A DNA stretch of 64,000 bases from a virus (IMGVR_UViG_3300046615_000261:32001-96000), one strand, 5' to 3'. Counted from the stretch's first letter, positions 19,097 to 29,833 are shown. Numbers and translations are program-made. The notes: generated by a model not told the origin, from the sequence alone.

Positions 19097-22000
19097 TTAT
19101 TCGTACGCTGGCGCAATTGGGCTAGGGCGAACAACCTTGATCGAGTAAGCACTCAATCTAGACGTCTTGAAAACATCAGTCATCTCGTAGTTTGCTGCGC
19201 AAATGTCTTCCAACACCGCGAAGAACAACTCATTGATCTGACTGACCTTGCCTTCGTTCCAAATACGTGTCAACGTACCACGTGTGCTTTCAACCGTCTC
19301 GAACCATGTGTCGCTTCCATTGAAATCAAGGAAGTTCATGTAGTCAGGGATCGGAATCTGCCCACTGTCATCAACTAGTTTCGTATTTAGGATCGTGAAC
19401 AAGAGTGTCCCGCGCACCATTTCCGTCGGAGCAAGAACCTGATCCGAGCCGAAGCCGAACTGGGTCCGAGTGCCGTTCCGTTCATCATATGAAACGCGGC
19501 GAGCTGACGGGATCGTCGAACCAGCACTGTCCTTGCCACATGCCGTATTCACCATCTTCTGCCACAGAACTTCAGGCACCTTCGTGCGCTGACCTGGGCG
19601 AATGAGCGACCATTCGACGTGCGTGTTCTTCAGATCGAGCTGGTTCGGATCATCACGGAGAGTGAAGTTCCGAGTGAAGCGGAGCTTGAACGCGTCGTCC
19701 TTCGTGACGATGTACGACAGGCCAGAGATCGTGATCGCGTCGTAGAAGAACGGAGCCGAGTTGCTGATGTGTTGGAACGTCAGATAGTTCGACGGACCAT
19801 TGATCAGGAGCTGCGAAACTGCCTTCACCGAGAGGTTCTTGCCGTGCGCAGCCGTCGAGCGGTTCTTCACCCAGAAGTAGTACTTCGTGGTGCTGATCTG
19901 GCCGTTCTCGTTCCGGATCGGAACTGCAACGTACTGGTAGTCCAGCTTGTACTGGCGCTGAATCAGGAGATTGTCAGCGATTGCTGGATCGAATGCGAGG
20001 TCAGCAGCCGATGGGTTCACCGCGCGAACAATCAGAACGACTTCAGAGCCGCTCTGGACCGACAGAACTGTCAGAGTTCTACCAACAAGCTTGTACGTAC
20101 CGCTCAGCTGCGAAACACCATTCACGTACACAGAGACGCGATCGTTCGTCACACCTGCTGGAAGTGTGAATACCATTTGACCAGTAGATGTCGCGACCTC
20201 GTGAGTCATCGTGCTCTTCAGCTCGGACCATGCAGCCCAAGTCGTCTTGTACCGATCGATCTGTGTGCCGTCGTTCAACATGTACGGAGTCGTGCTTGCA
20301 GCATCCTGAACGATGTTCACTGGAGCCGATGGGAACGCGTACCATGGACCGACGTATGGGAACCACGAACTGTTCGGTACACGGGCGTCAGCATCAAGCT
20401 GAGCCTGAGTTGGAACAGCCCAAGCACGCCAGCCAACACCGTTATTCAGCGTGTACAGAGGATCTGTTGGGTCGTTCGACAGAGTCGAGCCATCCATGAC
20501 AAGATCGTTCTCAACCATTGGAACAACCAGTTCGACCTTTGCAGCATCATTCAGCTTCACGGAACCGGCAAGCGCTTCAGCGATCAGACGAACCAGCAAG
20601 TCAGAAGGGAATGTGCCGGAGTTCAGAACCTTCACGGTGATTTGCAGACCGAACGAAGGGACTTCGAACGTGTACTGCTCACCCGCAACTGCGTCGAATG
20701 TAGCAAAGTGCAGTGGAGAGTCGGCGTTGCTTGGATCAACACCGCGATCCTTGCGAATCAGGATGTGATCTGTTTGGCCGCTGTCGACTTCCATGACACG
20801 GAGGTACGTCGAAACATCCCAGTCAGAACCGGTCGAGCCAGTCAGAACAATAGCGTGACCATCAGTGTTCGAGCTGAACGTGACAATCACGGTGTTCAGA
20901 TCCACGACAGTGATCTCATCAGGCAGAACGACTTGGTTCATGCCGTCATAGAGCGACACTTGAACTGCAGTCGAACCCATGTCGTGCACGATAGTCCATG
21001 TGCTAGCTGGAACAGCCTGCAAATGGGTGTAAACGGTCTGTGCGCCATTCGATGCTGGCACGAGGCTTTCAACGACTGGCTCAGCGGTGAACAGGAGTTC
21101 GCCGACAGCTTCAGTGTGTTCAAGCACGGACAGATCAACGACAGCCTGGAGCGTATCCAGGCTGTGCACCACTGGAGTGAACAGATCACCTTCGTACGAG
21201 ACGAACTTCGTGAACTCACCGATCACGTTGTACTCAGACAGAGGACGCAGAACAGTTTCGTCTTCTTGCCATGCGCCAACTCGCATACCACCAGTAATAC
21301 CGTACTGAGCGAACGTACCGGACTCGAGCATGATCAAGCCGTCGTTCGTGAACGTCAGATTCGACTGGAAGCTCGAGTTGAACGATGGGTGCGCTGCTTC
21401 GATTGCAACACCAGCCTTCGACCAAGCGATCGCACGGGTGTTCCAGACACGTTCACGGGAATATGTCTTTGCACCGTACACTTGACCGTCCGCCTTCGTG
21501 CGAACATCAAGATCCGCGTTACCAGCATCGATCAGAGCTTGAGCGTTGTACTCAGCAGGTGGAACATTCGACTCAACCCATTCCACGACATCCATCGTGG
21601 CAAAGTCAGTCATTGTGCCCCAACGGCTCAGGCGTTCGTCAACAGTCTGGAAGATCATCGTGTCGTAGTACGGCACGTAGTCCAGATTCGTCGTATCCCA
21701 CCAGACACGGCCAACTTCCTTCGCACCCCACATGTGCAGCGGGTCGTAGTTGTTATTTCCAACAACCTGCGTCGACACATTGTATCGAGCTGGATCCAGA
21801 GTCGAGATGATGTTCACGCTTTCCAGAGCAACTGGGGTGTGCTGATCGTACGCTGGGTGCCAGACTGGAATTTCTTCGATCAGCTCGGCAGCAACATAGT
21901 TGAACAGCTTAACAGGATTGAACTTCGGAGTAGCTGGACCGTAACCTGTCACGGTGATTTCACCGTCTTCAGATGCAATCAACGTCGTCATGTTCACACG

Positions 22001-25000
22001 ATCAGCAGCAATACCAGCAGTCGTGAGCTCATCCGCAATGAACGGCAGCTTGATCAGATCACCAGCTTGAACGACCTTCGTGAACGTGCCGACGACCTGC
22101 GCATTGAAGTGCACATCGGTGTTCAAGTCGTCAATGCTGAACCAACGGTTTTCATCAGTCGAGTCGATCACGGTGAACGCATTGAAGTCTGTTGGGATCG
22201 ACACTGGGTCGAAAATCAGCTTCGTGAACTGCGTCAGAGTGTCATCAACCGAGAGGCGGAGCTCTGGGAAGATCTTCGAACGGCTGTCACCGTACTCAGC
22301 AACCTTGTACGCCCAGTACTCGTCGAGCTTGGCGTCTTGGAAGCGATCATTGTTCAGGAATGCGTCGATCGATGCGTTCGTACCCTTCATCTGGATCAGA
22401 CCACGCCAGAAGTTGAACTGCGAACGATCAGTCAGATCGAGATCGGCCATGTACTGCTTTGGCGTGAAGCCGAGAAGCGCGAGCGCGTGACGTGTCGACA
22501 GTTCATCTTCGAACGCATGATCTGGATCGTAGTACTGAGCGATCTTGTCAGCGCTGGACTGCAGATTGCGCTTCACTTCGTTACCAACGAGGTAGTGACC
22601 GCCGAATTCTGGACGCAGCGAGTTCGATCCTTGACGACGGCCGTTCAGCTTGATCGTCACGATGCGAGCACCAGAGAACGGATCGTAAATCAGGCCTTCA
22701 CCAGTGGATGGCGACATCAGATTGCTGAACACGAACAGGTGCTCGTACTCATCAACTTGTGCGTGCACCGAGAACATCGGAACCTTTGCGCTGATCATCG
22801 ACTTACCACGTGAACGCAGGATCGTCAGATCATCGGTGTTCATCTTCGCGCCAAGCACGTCGAACACGCCTGGATTTGCACGGACGTCGAACAGAGCGGT
22901 GTCAAAGTACTGGCTGAGCAGACCGACGTCTTGCTCGACCCAGAGCTTGTCCATGAATGGAACAAGCACGTGACCTTGGTTCAGCTGAATACCCGTGTAA
23001 ACGGCGTCGACGAACTTTTCAATTTCGAGCTGCCAATTGCGGATACGGCCAGTCGCCTTATCGGTGTTACCACCTTCTTCGTCTTGGAAGCGCCAGCCAT
23101 CAGCCTCGAGCTTCTGCGAGTAACCGAACAGGAAGTCAACGACGTTCTGCAGACCAGTGATCGTCAGTGGAAGCTGAGTGCTTGTCGTTCCAGCGATCTT
23201 TGTTGGCTGTGTCCAAGTACGATCGGTGTGCGCCGAGCTCAAGGCCTTGAACGTGACTTCGTCGCCAGAAGTGAACGTGAAGTACTCGATGCCGAGGAAG
23301 CGTGGGTTGTATCCTTCAACGCGGAAGATCCAGTCTTGACCAGCGTTCGATGGGACACGACCAGCAGGTGTCGTGTTCTCTGGGAGAGCCGAGCCGAGCT
23401 GAACAACCGTGATACGCAGACCTTGGACCCAGATGTCGCGAGCGAATGGCGAGCGCTTGAAGCGGAGCTCATAAGCCGACTCTGGGATTGCGTCTACGTC
23501 AGTGAACACGCGCAGATCGTCTGTCGAAACAAGACCACCAGCGCGGTAACCGAGATTCACATCCCAGCCGCGGTAAGCTTGGATCGCGTAACCTTGAGCG
23601 GTGTCAACAGATGAACCACGCAGAGCTTGCGTGAAGATCTGACCGAACCCGTGGAACTGCGCGTACGAAGCTTGATCGAACGTGACCAGCAGACCAGAGC
23701 CATCGGCATTCGCCGTGATGTTGAACGTGTCACCGATCCGGAAAGGCTTGCCTTCGTCTTCAATCAGAACGTCGTTCAGCGTGTATCCAGCACCAGTGAT
23801 AGTACCAAGTTCGCCTTCATTCACGTACCCAATCACGGTGCCGTCCTTAGCACGGACCGTGAACGAGAACTTACGACCTTCAGCGTATCCAGAGTGCTTG
23901 ATCGTCAGATCAATTGCCTTTGGACCAGACAGCGAAGACATCGTGAACGGTGTCTTGCGAGCGACTGAGCGGATCGCATCACCTTGCAGGCGGAAACGTG
24001 GGTGTCCTGGAACAGCGATGTCAAAACCATCGTACAGGATACCATCAACTTCAACCCACTCAAAGCCCCAGCAGTGACCAAGCCATGCCATTGGATCTTT
24101 GCGGAACAGAGCACGAGTCAGGGCGTACCGGAACTCGATCGAGCGGAGCCAGACCGTTTCAACTGGAGAACCTTCGCCGAACAGGTATGGATCGGCTGGG
24201 CTGAGCGGCAGACTGTTCGTCAGAGCGTTCGCCGCTTGTGGCGAGGAAGCATTCACGTACGGCGACAGGAGCGCGTCGTTCACAGTGTTCACTGAGAGCT
24301 TCAGACCTGGACGAGCTGCCTTGATGTCGTTCCACATCGAGAGCTTCCACGAGCGGACCTGTTCGAACAGAACATCTTCGAACGGCGAGTTCACGTCCTG
24401 CATCAGGACCCACTGTGTACCGCTGAATTGCTGACCAGTACCGATCGTGACGACCGTCTTGGCGACCAGCGGAGTCGCAGCACGGCTCCAGGCACCAGAG
24501 GAAACGATCCACAGACCATTGTTCGAAGCAGCAGCTTCGGAGGCAAGCAGAAGAACATCACCGTTCAAGAGGTTCTTGCCATCAACCGTTGGCAGACCAT
24601 TCAGTGGCGTGCCAGTTGGAGCTTCGGACCAGAGGACTGCCTTTGCGGTCACACCGATGTAACCAAGCGAAGGGTTCTGAACCATTGCCTGAGTGACGTT
24701 CGCCTTGTACAGAGTGTTCCAGTCCGTTGGCTTCACTGCGAAACCAAGGAGCTTCCATGGCTCGAGATTCGGACGGGAAGTAGGAATCACACCAGCGATC
24801 GAAGCTTGGTGCGCCTTCAGTGCGTCGAACCAGCGAGCTGGCATACCGAGCGAGCTGTAGTTCCACGTGAACGCGTCAGTGGAAACGTAGTTCGGTGCTG
24901 TTGGATCGTACTTGTTCGCAGCTGCCCATGAAGCGAGCTCACGCTGGAGCTCATCCTTCAGAGGACCAGTCAGGGCCGTTTGAACTTCTTGTTCATTGAA

Positions 25001-27979
25001 GTACGTTCTGTGCTGAGCATTGATCCCAGTGTACAGACGGTTCTCAACTTCAAGGAGAACGCCGTTCAGCAGGATCGCTGGATCGAGAGCGACCCATGGT
25101 GCAAGCAGATTCGACTCTGGCTGCCACAGAGCGCCGTCCCAGACGTTCAGCTCGTTCGTTGCACGATTGTACCAGTGTTGACCAACTGCCGAAGCAACTG
25201 GAGCGATCATACCGTCGCTCAGAACGTTGAACGCACGGAGCTCATTGCCGTTCGCTGCTGGGTAAATCCAGAGCTCACCACGGTGCGGTGCCGTTGGAGG
25301 AACAGTCGTGAATGAACCAACGGCTGGAGTGAACGTGCCATCTGCGCGTTTGATCAGCATTCCTGGCGACAGCATACGGTCACGGAATTCTTGCGTGAAT
25401 CGGTAGATCGGCGACAGGTGACCGTCATGGTGACGGAAGAGTTCAGTGCCGAGCTCGTTGTCGAACACGACGCCTGGCTTGACCAGTGGAGTCACGCCAA
25501 GCATTGGGAGCGTAGCTGGGAAACCGATCACTGGTGATGTGCTGTCGAACAGAACAGTGCGGACATCATTGTCCTTTGCACGAACGGAGAGCAGGTAGTC
25601 AGCGAGCTTTGAAGGCGAAGTCAGAACACCTTCATTACCGAAGAACTGCACGAGCTCCTTCAGGTAAAGATCAACAACCGAGTTCAGAGCCGATTCGTAC
25701 TTGCGCTGAGCGAAGTCAACGATCGACAGTGGTGTGTTGTCACGCTGCATCAGCAGAGCGGCAAGCAGATTTTGTTGCTCGGACCAGAGCTTGATCGAAC
25801 CACCGAACGCGTTGTCCTGGGTCTGACCGATCTGATTCACGAGGATACCACGGAAGTGGCTGTACAGCGTACCTTCTGGGATTGCATCGCCATTATCCGC
25901 AGCGACGTTGTTGTACAACATCCGCGGAATCTGCCATGCACCAATGCCTGCTGCGTCACCATTCGCACCTTCGAACAGGTCATAGATCTGTTCGTCAGTA
26001 TCACGGTAAACGTACCGAGCGCTCTCGAAATTACCAACCGCAAATTGGAACTTGTCGCCAGTCTTGAATGGAATCGAACCAGACAGGATCATCGCGGAGA
26101 ACAGACCATTGCTGTACGGTGTGTTCACGCCGATCGTAGAAAGATTGTCAGGCAAGCTCTTCATCTTCGAGCCAGTCACAGAGAACGTGGTCGCGCTCGT
26201 TGCTTCGAGCGTCCAGATCTGCTGCGCGCTGAATGGATCAATCACTTGAACATCGAACAGACCATTCCCGTCGCCAGTGAATGACTGAGAAGTGATCTCG
26301 GCGGACGAGTGGCCTGGATGCCAGATCGAGTGCAGTGCACCGTCGATCGTCTTGTAGAACAGGAGATTGTTTCCTTCTTCGATCAGACCGTGTCCGAACA
26401 AGAAGTCAGAGGATGCGTTCGAGGCATGAGCGACGCGGCGCTGCAGAGCAGGATCGATATCAGCCGTTGGGTCTTCCATGTAGAAGAAGATTGGCGACAC
26501 GAGCGATGCATGCGAACCATCGTACCGGTACAAGTCGAACTGTGGAGCCTGATTGAAATCAGTCTTCTGTTGTTCGTACTCAGTGCCACCGACATCAGTT
26601 GGCGTACCCACTGCTTCAGCGTGCGGCTGAGTTGGAGCGGCCATGCGACCAACGATACCCGAGTTCTCAATGAAGAACCGAGTGTTCAGCTTCAGGTTCG
26701 AGTTGTACTCAATGATCGGACGCGTAGCTTGGATGATCTTCGACAGATCGAGACCAGCGGCAGTCGCTTCATCACGGTGCATCCAGAAGTTCGACTCTTG
26801 CCAGTCGTTCGTGTTCGACACAGAGGTCGAGCCGTCAGCGACCCAGATGCCGGATGCTTGCGCAACGTACAGAGTTTCACGATTACGATCAAAAACGCGC
26901 GCACCATCAGTTGTGCTTGGGTAATCAGCAGCGCGAACGAACGCACCTGGTTTCACAACATAAATGCCGTTATCGACAGAGGCGCCTTGGTTCTTTACAA
27001 GGATACGATCGTTCTCTTTGATCTGAACGCCATCAATCACTTGGTACAGATCGAGCGAGTCGACTGCATTGATCTTGCCCTTCACACCCGGGCCGACGTT
27101 CGGCGTCACACCGTACGTGCTCGACAGGAATGGGGCTGCGATCGTGAAGCTATCGCCAGCAGCGAAGCTTTCGTTACCGATCCAAACACCGTCACCGTCA
27201 TAGATTGGATCGCGAATGATCTTGAACGTCAGGAGAGCTTCACCAGCGCCAGACGCCATGAAGTTCACGGTGTACGTCGAGGATTGCTCAGCTACGATCG
27301 TTGGGAGAGTGTATGACTGAACGATTTCGTCTGGAGCCAGGCCAGCACCCGAAGCCGTCACAGTGAAGTGTGTGCTGTCAGAGAAAGCGACGACCCACGA
27401 CTGTGCGTAGAAACCAGTGCCAGTCAGAACGATCGCGCGTGTCGTTCCTGCAACAACGTTCAGCTTGTCGAGATCGGTCGCCTTTGGGGCCGAGATCGTG
27501 TAGTATTCTGGCGCGAGCGATGGATTCCATGCGAGCGCTGGCGTATTAGGCAGCGACTTCGCGACCCAGTAGTAGTTGAAGAAGTTCGTGAACCGATCGA
27601 AGTTGATCGGTGGCGCGTAGTTGTTCCCTTGGGAGTACAACCACGAGGACTGATCTTCCGAGATCCCAAGGACTTCAGCCTTGCGGATCAGATCCTGTGC
27701 AGTGAACGAGTACGTCTCATTTCCGACCTTGAACGAGAACACAGGCACAAGGGCGTTCACGTCACGCTCTGGATTCGACTGCGGAACCTTTGGGGTACGG
27801 TCGTCTGGGGCCGATGGCTTGCGACCAACGTAACCGTACAGAGGTACCGCTTCATCCTTCGTCAGGAAGCGATTGAACAGATTATCAATCAGCGACGTGA
27901 TCATCGGGTTCCGAAGGTTCTTCGGAACGAGATTCGTCATATCCTGGAAGGGGAGGGAGTAGTCTTTCATGAGCTTCAT
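19097..27979 (-). CDS. Giant baseplate wedge-type virion protein (2960 aa)
   Basis: Uninterrupted ORF in the baseplate cluster with a late box; wedge-like motifs (NFDRFTNFFNYYW, QFNFWRGLIQMKGT, YYFWVKN). Confidence 0.75.
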   Translation of the reverse strand: MKLMKDYSLPFQDMTNLVPKNLRNPMITSLIDNLFNRFLTKDEAVPLYGYVGRKPSAPDDRTPKVPQSNPERDVNALVPVFSFKVGNETYSFTAQDLIRKAEVLGISEDQSSWLYSQGNNYAPPINFDRFTNFFNYYWVAKSLPNTPALAWNPSLAPEYYTISAPKATDLDKLNVVAGTTRAIVLTGTGFYAQSWVVAFSDSTHFTVTASGAGLAPDEIVQSYTLPTIVAEQSSTYTVNFMASGAGEALLTFKIIRDPIYDGDGVWIGNESFAAGDSFTIAAPFLSSTYGVTPNVGPGVKGKINAVDSLDLYQVIDGVQIKENDRILVKNQGASVDNGIYVVKPGAFVRAADYPSTTDGARVFDRNRETLYVAQASGIWVADGSTSVSNTNDWQESNFWMHRDEATAAGLDLSKIIQATRPIIEYNSNLKLNTRFFIENSGIVGRMAAPTQPHAEAVGTPTDVGGTEYEQQKTDFNQAPQFDLYRYDGSHASLVSPIFFYMEDPTADIDPALQRRVAHASNASSDFLFGHGLIEEGNNLLFYKTIDGALHSIWHPGHSSAEITSQSFTGDGNGLFDVQVIDPFSAQQIWTLEATSATTFSVTGSKMKSLPDNLSTIGVNTPYSNGLFSAMILSGSIPFKTGDKFQFAVGNFESARYVYRDTDEQIYDLFEGANGDAAGIGAWQIPRMLYNNVAADNGDAIPEGTLYSHFRGILVNQIGQTQDNAFGGSIKLWSEQQNLLAALLMQRDNTPLSIVDFAQRKYESALNSVVDLYLKELVQFFGNEGVLTSPSKLADYLLSVRAKDNDVRTVLFDSTSPVIGFPATLPMLGVTPLVKPGVVFDNELGTELFRHHDGHLSPIYRFTQEFRDRMLSPGMLIKRADGTFTPAVGSFTTVPPTAPHRGELWIYPAANGNELRAFNVLSDGMIAPVASAVGQHWYNRATNELNVWDGALWQPESNLLAPWVALDPAILLNGVLLEVENRLYTGINAQHRTYFNEQEVQTALTGPLKDELQRELASWAAANKYDPTAPNYVSTDAFTWNYSSLGMPARWFDALKAHQASIAGVIPTSRPNLEPWKLLGFAVKPTDWNTLYKANVTQAMVQNPSLGYIGVTAKAVLWSEAPTGTPLNGLPTVDGKNLLNGDVLLLASEAAASNNGLWIVSSGAWSRAATPLVAKTVVTIGTGQQFSGTQWVLMQDVNSPFEDVLFEQVRSWKLSMWNDIKAARPGLKLSVNTVNDALLSPYVNASSPQAANALTNSLPLSPADPYLFGEGSPVETVWLRSIEFRYALTRALFRKDPMAWLGHCWGFEWVEVDGILYDGFDIAVPGHPRFRLQGDAIRSVARKTPFTMSSLSGPKAIDLTIKHSGYAEGRKFSFTVRAKDGTVIGYVNEGELGTITGAGYTLNDVLIEDEGKPFRIGDTFNITANADGSGLLVTFDQASYAQFHGFGQIFTQALRGSSVDTAQGYAIQAYRGWDVNLGYRAGGLVSTDDLRVFTDVDAIPESAYELRFKRSPFARDIWVQGLRITVVQLGSALPENTTPAGRVPSNAGQDWIFRVEGYNPRFLGIEYFTFTSGDEVTFKALSSAHTDRTWTQPTKIAGTTSTQLPLTITGLQNVVDFLFGYSQKLEADGWRFQDEEGGNTDKATGRIRNWQLEIEKFVDAVYTGIQLNQGHVLVPFMDKLWVEQDVGLLSQYFDTALFDVRANPGVFDVLGAKMNTDDLTILRSRGKSMISAKVPMFSVHAQVDEYEHLFVFSNLMSPSTGEGLIYDPFSGARIVTIKLNGRRQGSNSLRPEFGGHYLVGNEVKRNLQSSADKIAQYYDPDHAFEDELSTRHALALLGFTPKQYMADLDLTDRSQFNFWRGLIQMKGTNASIDAFLNNDRFQDAKLDEYWAYKVAEYGDSRSKIFPELRLSVDDTLTQFTKLIFDPVSIPTDFNAFTVIDSTDENRWFSIDDLNTDVHFNAQVVGTFTKVVQAGDLIKLPFIADELTTAGIAADRVNMTTLIASEDGEITVTGYGPATPKFNPVKLFNYVAAELIEEIPVWHPAYDQHTPVALESVNIISTLDPARYNVSTQVVGNNNYDPLHMWGAKEVGRVWWDTTNLDYVPYYDTMIFQTVDERLSRWGTMTDFATMDVVEWVESNVPPAEYNAQALIDAGNADLDVRTKADGQVYGAKTYSRERVWNTRAIAWSKAGVAIEAAHPSFNSSFQSNLTFTNDGLIMLESGTFAQYGITGGMRVGAWQEDETVLRPLSEYNVIGEFTKFVSYEGDLFTPVVHSLDTLQAVVDLSVLEHTEAVGELLFTAEPVVESLVPASNGAQTVYTHLQAVPASTWTIVHDMGSTAVQVSLYDGMNQVVLPDEITVVDLNTVIVTFSSNTDGHAIVLTGSTGSDWDVSTYLRVMEVDSGQTDHILIRKDRGVDPSNADSPLHFATFDAVAGEQYTFEVPSFGLQITVKVLNSGTFPSDLLVRLIAEALAGSVKLNDAAKVELVVPMVENDLVMDGSTLSNDPTDPLYTLNNGVGWRAWAVPTQAQLDADARVPNSSWFPYVGPWYAFPSAPVNIVQDAASTTPYMLNDGTQIDRYKTTWAAWSELKSTMTHEVATSTGQMVFTLPAGVTNDRVSVYVNGVSQLSGTYKLVGRTLTVLSVQSGSEVVLIVRAVNPSAADLAFDPAIADNLLIQRQYKLDYQYVAVPIRNENGQISTTKYYFWVKNRSTAAHGKNLSVKAVSQLLINGPSNYLTFQHISNSAPFFYDAITISGLSYIVTKDDAFKLRFTRNFTLRDDPNQLDLKNTHVEWSLIRPGQRTKVPEVLWQKMVNTACGKDSAGSTIPSARRVSYDERNGTRTQFGFGSDQVLAPTEMVRGTLLFTILNTKLVDDSGQIPIPDYMNFLDFNGSDTWFETVESTRGTLTRIWNEGKVSQINELFFAVLEDICAANYEMTDVFKTSRLSAYSIKVVRPSPIAPAYE

Positions 27980-28000
27980 GCGCGTGTAATCACAGTTCGG

Positions 28001-28006
28001 TATTTA
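28001..28006 (-). promoter_or_regulatory. Late promoter box TAAATA
   Basis: 21 nt before ATG 27979. Confidence 0.65.
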
Positions 28007-28039
28007 GACCCGTGGCAAAAGTGTAAAAATTCACATCCC

Positions 28040-28079
28040 GTTACAGATTGGAGTTCGGGATGTAGTACAATTCATCCAT
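28040..28079 (+). promoter_or_regulatory. Early island promoter (island 2)
   Basis: GGATGTAGTACAATTCATCCAT resembles 4312 and 36751; GTTACAGATT at 28040 is identical to 4286-4295. Confidence 0.6.
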
Positions 28080-28094
28080 ACCACGGAGCTGAAC

Positions 28095-28421
28095 ATGCAA
28101 ATAACCAAGGAATTCCAAGTTCGATACACAACCCCGCGTGGTTCGAGCTGCTCTTGGCGAGACCTGCCGCTGCCGGCCCGGGACACCGATGACCTCGCTG
28201 CCAAGGTGAAGAGCGGCGAAGCAACCGAGATCATGCGCAGCCTGGTCGAAACGGAAATCTCCGGCACCACGGCCCTCGCAATCCGAACGCTGAGCTACGA
28301 GTTCGTGTCGTATGACGTCGGCATCCTGAAGGTCAAGATCGAGTACCTGCTCTGGGACATCCAGATGGACCGACCGCACGGCTGCATCGATCAATCCGCA
28401 ACTTTCAGCTTCATGGACTAA
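28095..28421 (+). CDS. Hypothetical protein (island 2)
   Basis: SD GGAG; first gene behind the island promoter. Confidence 0.7.
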   Translation: MQITKEFQVRYTTPRGSSCSWRDLPLPARDTDDLAAKVKSGEATEIMRSLVETEISGTTALAIRTLSYEFVSYDVGILKVKIEYLLWDIQMDRPHGCIDQSATFSFMD

Positions 28422-28430
28422 GGAGAAGAA

Positions 28431-28676
28431 ATGGCAACTGAATTCATCCGCTACGGCACCGGCTCCAAAGGTGGCGCGCACTTCGTGACAGTCGTCTTCC
28501 GTGAAGACGGTAAGGAAATCACGCGCAGACTGACGGGTTCCACCGGCGACGCTATGGAATTCGACAATCCAACGACGGCTGCCTGCGTCGCCACCCATCT
28601 GACATGGGCTCGCGAAGCCGAACGAAAAGAAGTGCAGAACCAGTTTCGCCGAGCGCTCGGCATCGTGGATCTGTGA
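28431..28676 (+). CDS. Hypothetical protein (island 2)
   Basis: SD AAGGAG. Confidence 0.75.
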   Translation: MATEFIRYGTGSKGGAHFVTVVFREDGKEITRRLTGSTGDAMEFDNPTTAACVATHLTWAREAERKEVQNQFRRALGIVDL

Positions 28677-28699
28677 CATCAAAACAAGAGGAGAACATC

Positions 28700-29074
28700 A
28701 TGAACGACAAACGTGAAGTGACGGAGTTCGATCTCCGTGCCGAAGAGTTCAAGCACCCGCAAGTGAAGCCGGAAGACTTCGAGTTCCGCGGCGATGGCAA
28801 GATCGTCCGCAAGGATCGCTGGGAGGTAGGCATCCGCACGATCGCTGGCCTGTTCGGCTGCTCTCGCGAGTTCGAGATCGATGACCTCGTCGAGAAGGTC
28901 GAGCGGCTCACGAACCTCGATCTGGAGGAGCTGCACGAGAAGCTGGCCGAAACCCAGCGCGTGTTGATGGACCAAGGCCTAACTGAAGCCGGCATCAAGC
29001 ACGCGACCGATAATCTGGACGAAAGCATTCAGGCCGTGTGGGTCGCCCGCGGCATCGTCGACGTGGCAGACTGA
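28700..29074 (+). CDS. Hypothetical protein (island 2)
   Basis: SD GAGGAG, ATG 28700 (MNDKREVTEF...). Confidence 0.75.
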   Translation: MNDKREVTEFDLRAEEFKHPQVKPEDFEFRGDGKIVRKDRWEVGIRTIAGLFGCSREFEIDDLVEKVERLTNLDLEELHEKLAETQRVLMDQGLTEAGIKHATDNLDESIQAVWVARGIVDVAD

Positions 29075-29271
29075 TGGCACTCCCGACCAAGACAGCGAAG
29101 GAGCTGTCGAATCTGATCAATCAGATGCTGTGCGGGATGGATGCACTCGCGCGAGCCGAGGCCCGGGACCCGCAGGTTCCAGGCGACATTCGGTACTGGT
29201 ACGAGTACCGACTGAAGGCCGAGCGCGATCTTCAAGCGCTCGGAATCCATCTGGCTGCCCCACTGGAGTAA
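29074..29271 (+). CDS. Hypothetical protein (island 2)
   Basis: TGATG coupling, MALPTKTAKEL... Confidence 0.7.
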   Translation: MALPTKTAKELSNLINQMLCGMDALARAEARDPQVPGDIRYWYEYRLKAERDLQALGIHLAAPLE

Positions 29272-29274
29272 ATA
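29269..29274 (+). promoter_or_regulatory. Late promoter box TAAATA
   Basis: Overlaps the TAA stop; 21 nt before ATG 29296. Confidence 0.65.
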
Positions 29275-29295
29275 GAGAATTCAACAAGGATTCTC

Positions 29296-29754
29296 ATGTC
29301 AGCACTTCTCCAGTCCGTCGTTCAAGACCTGATCAATGATCGCTCTGAACAAGCTCTCGCAACCATTCACCAGTATTTCGTCGAAAAGGTGCAAGAATCC
29401 ATGATCACCGAAGCCGAAGCTCCGTCTGTACATGATGCGGTCATGAAGGCCATCGAAGTTGCCATGGGTGTTCGCCACTCGCAACTAGCTGATCTCGACG
29501 TCGGCGCGAATTACGTCAGCTTCGCTGGCGTGTACGAGTTCCCAGAGCACCGCACAGGTCTCGTCGCTGAAGCGCGCAAGCACGTGAAGAGCATTGGCAC
29601 GATCAAGGGTTCGAACTCCACGCACTACAATGAGTTCGTGACTTCGTTCGAGATCGAATTCAAGGACAGCGTGCCTGACCTGACCCATGAAGAGGGCGAG
29701 AAGCTCGAAGCTGCGATCAAGGCAAGGTTCAAGGCGCAGCTCCAGCAGCGCTGA
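29296..29754 (+). CDS. Late protein with prohead-core (gp67-like) helical N-terminus
   Basis: LLQSVVQDLINDRSEQALATIHQYF then VQES and ITEA motifs; SD AAGGA. Confidence 0.5.
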   Translation: MSALLQSVVQDLINDRSEQALATIHQYFVEKVQESMITEAEAPSVHDAVMKAIEVAMGVRHSQLADLDVGANYVSFAGVYEFPEHRTGLVAEARKHVKSIGTIKGSNSTHYNEFVTSFEIEFKDSVPDLTHEEGEKLEAAIKARFKAQLQQR

Positions 29755-29820
29755 GCGACACCGAATCTGATCGGTGTTTAGCTAAACAAAAGAGGGACCC
29801 TAGGGTCCCTCGGCTGTTTC
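29751..29820. terminator. About 70-bp repeated element with bidirectional terminator
   Basis: Perfect 20-bp palindrome GAGGGACCCTAGGGTCCCTC (29792-29811) between convergent genes; inverted near-copy at 57743-57821. Confidence 0.8.
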
Positions 29821-29833
29821 TGGTGTCGCCGTC

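Noticed and set aside
19619-22813. 1064-aa + strand ORF (also 34102-36654, 14063-15574, 26309-27316, 27368-28192)
   Set aside because: Antisense shadows of long minus-strand genes, caused by codon bias; no SD, promoter or recognisable motifs
19097-27979. MKLMKDY start of the giant baseplate protein as a packaging leader
   Set aside because: Lacks the acidic residue at position 5 and is a tail component
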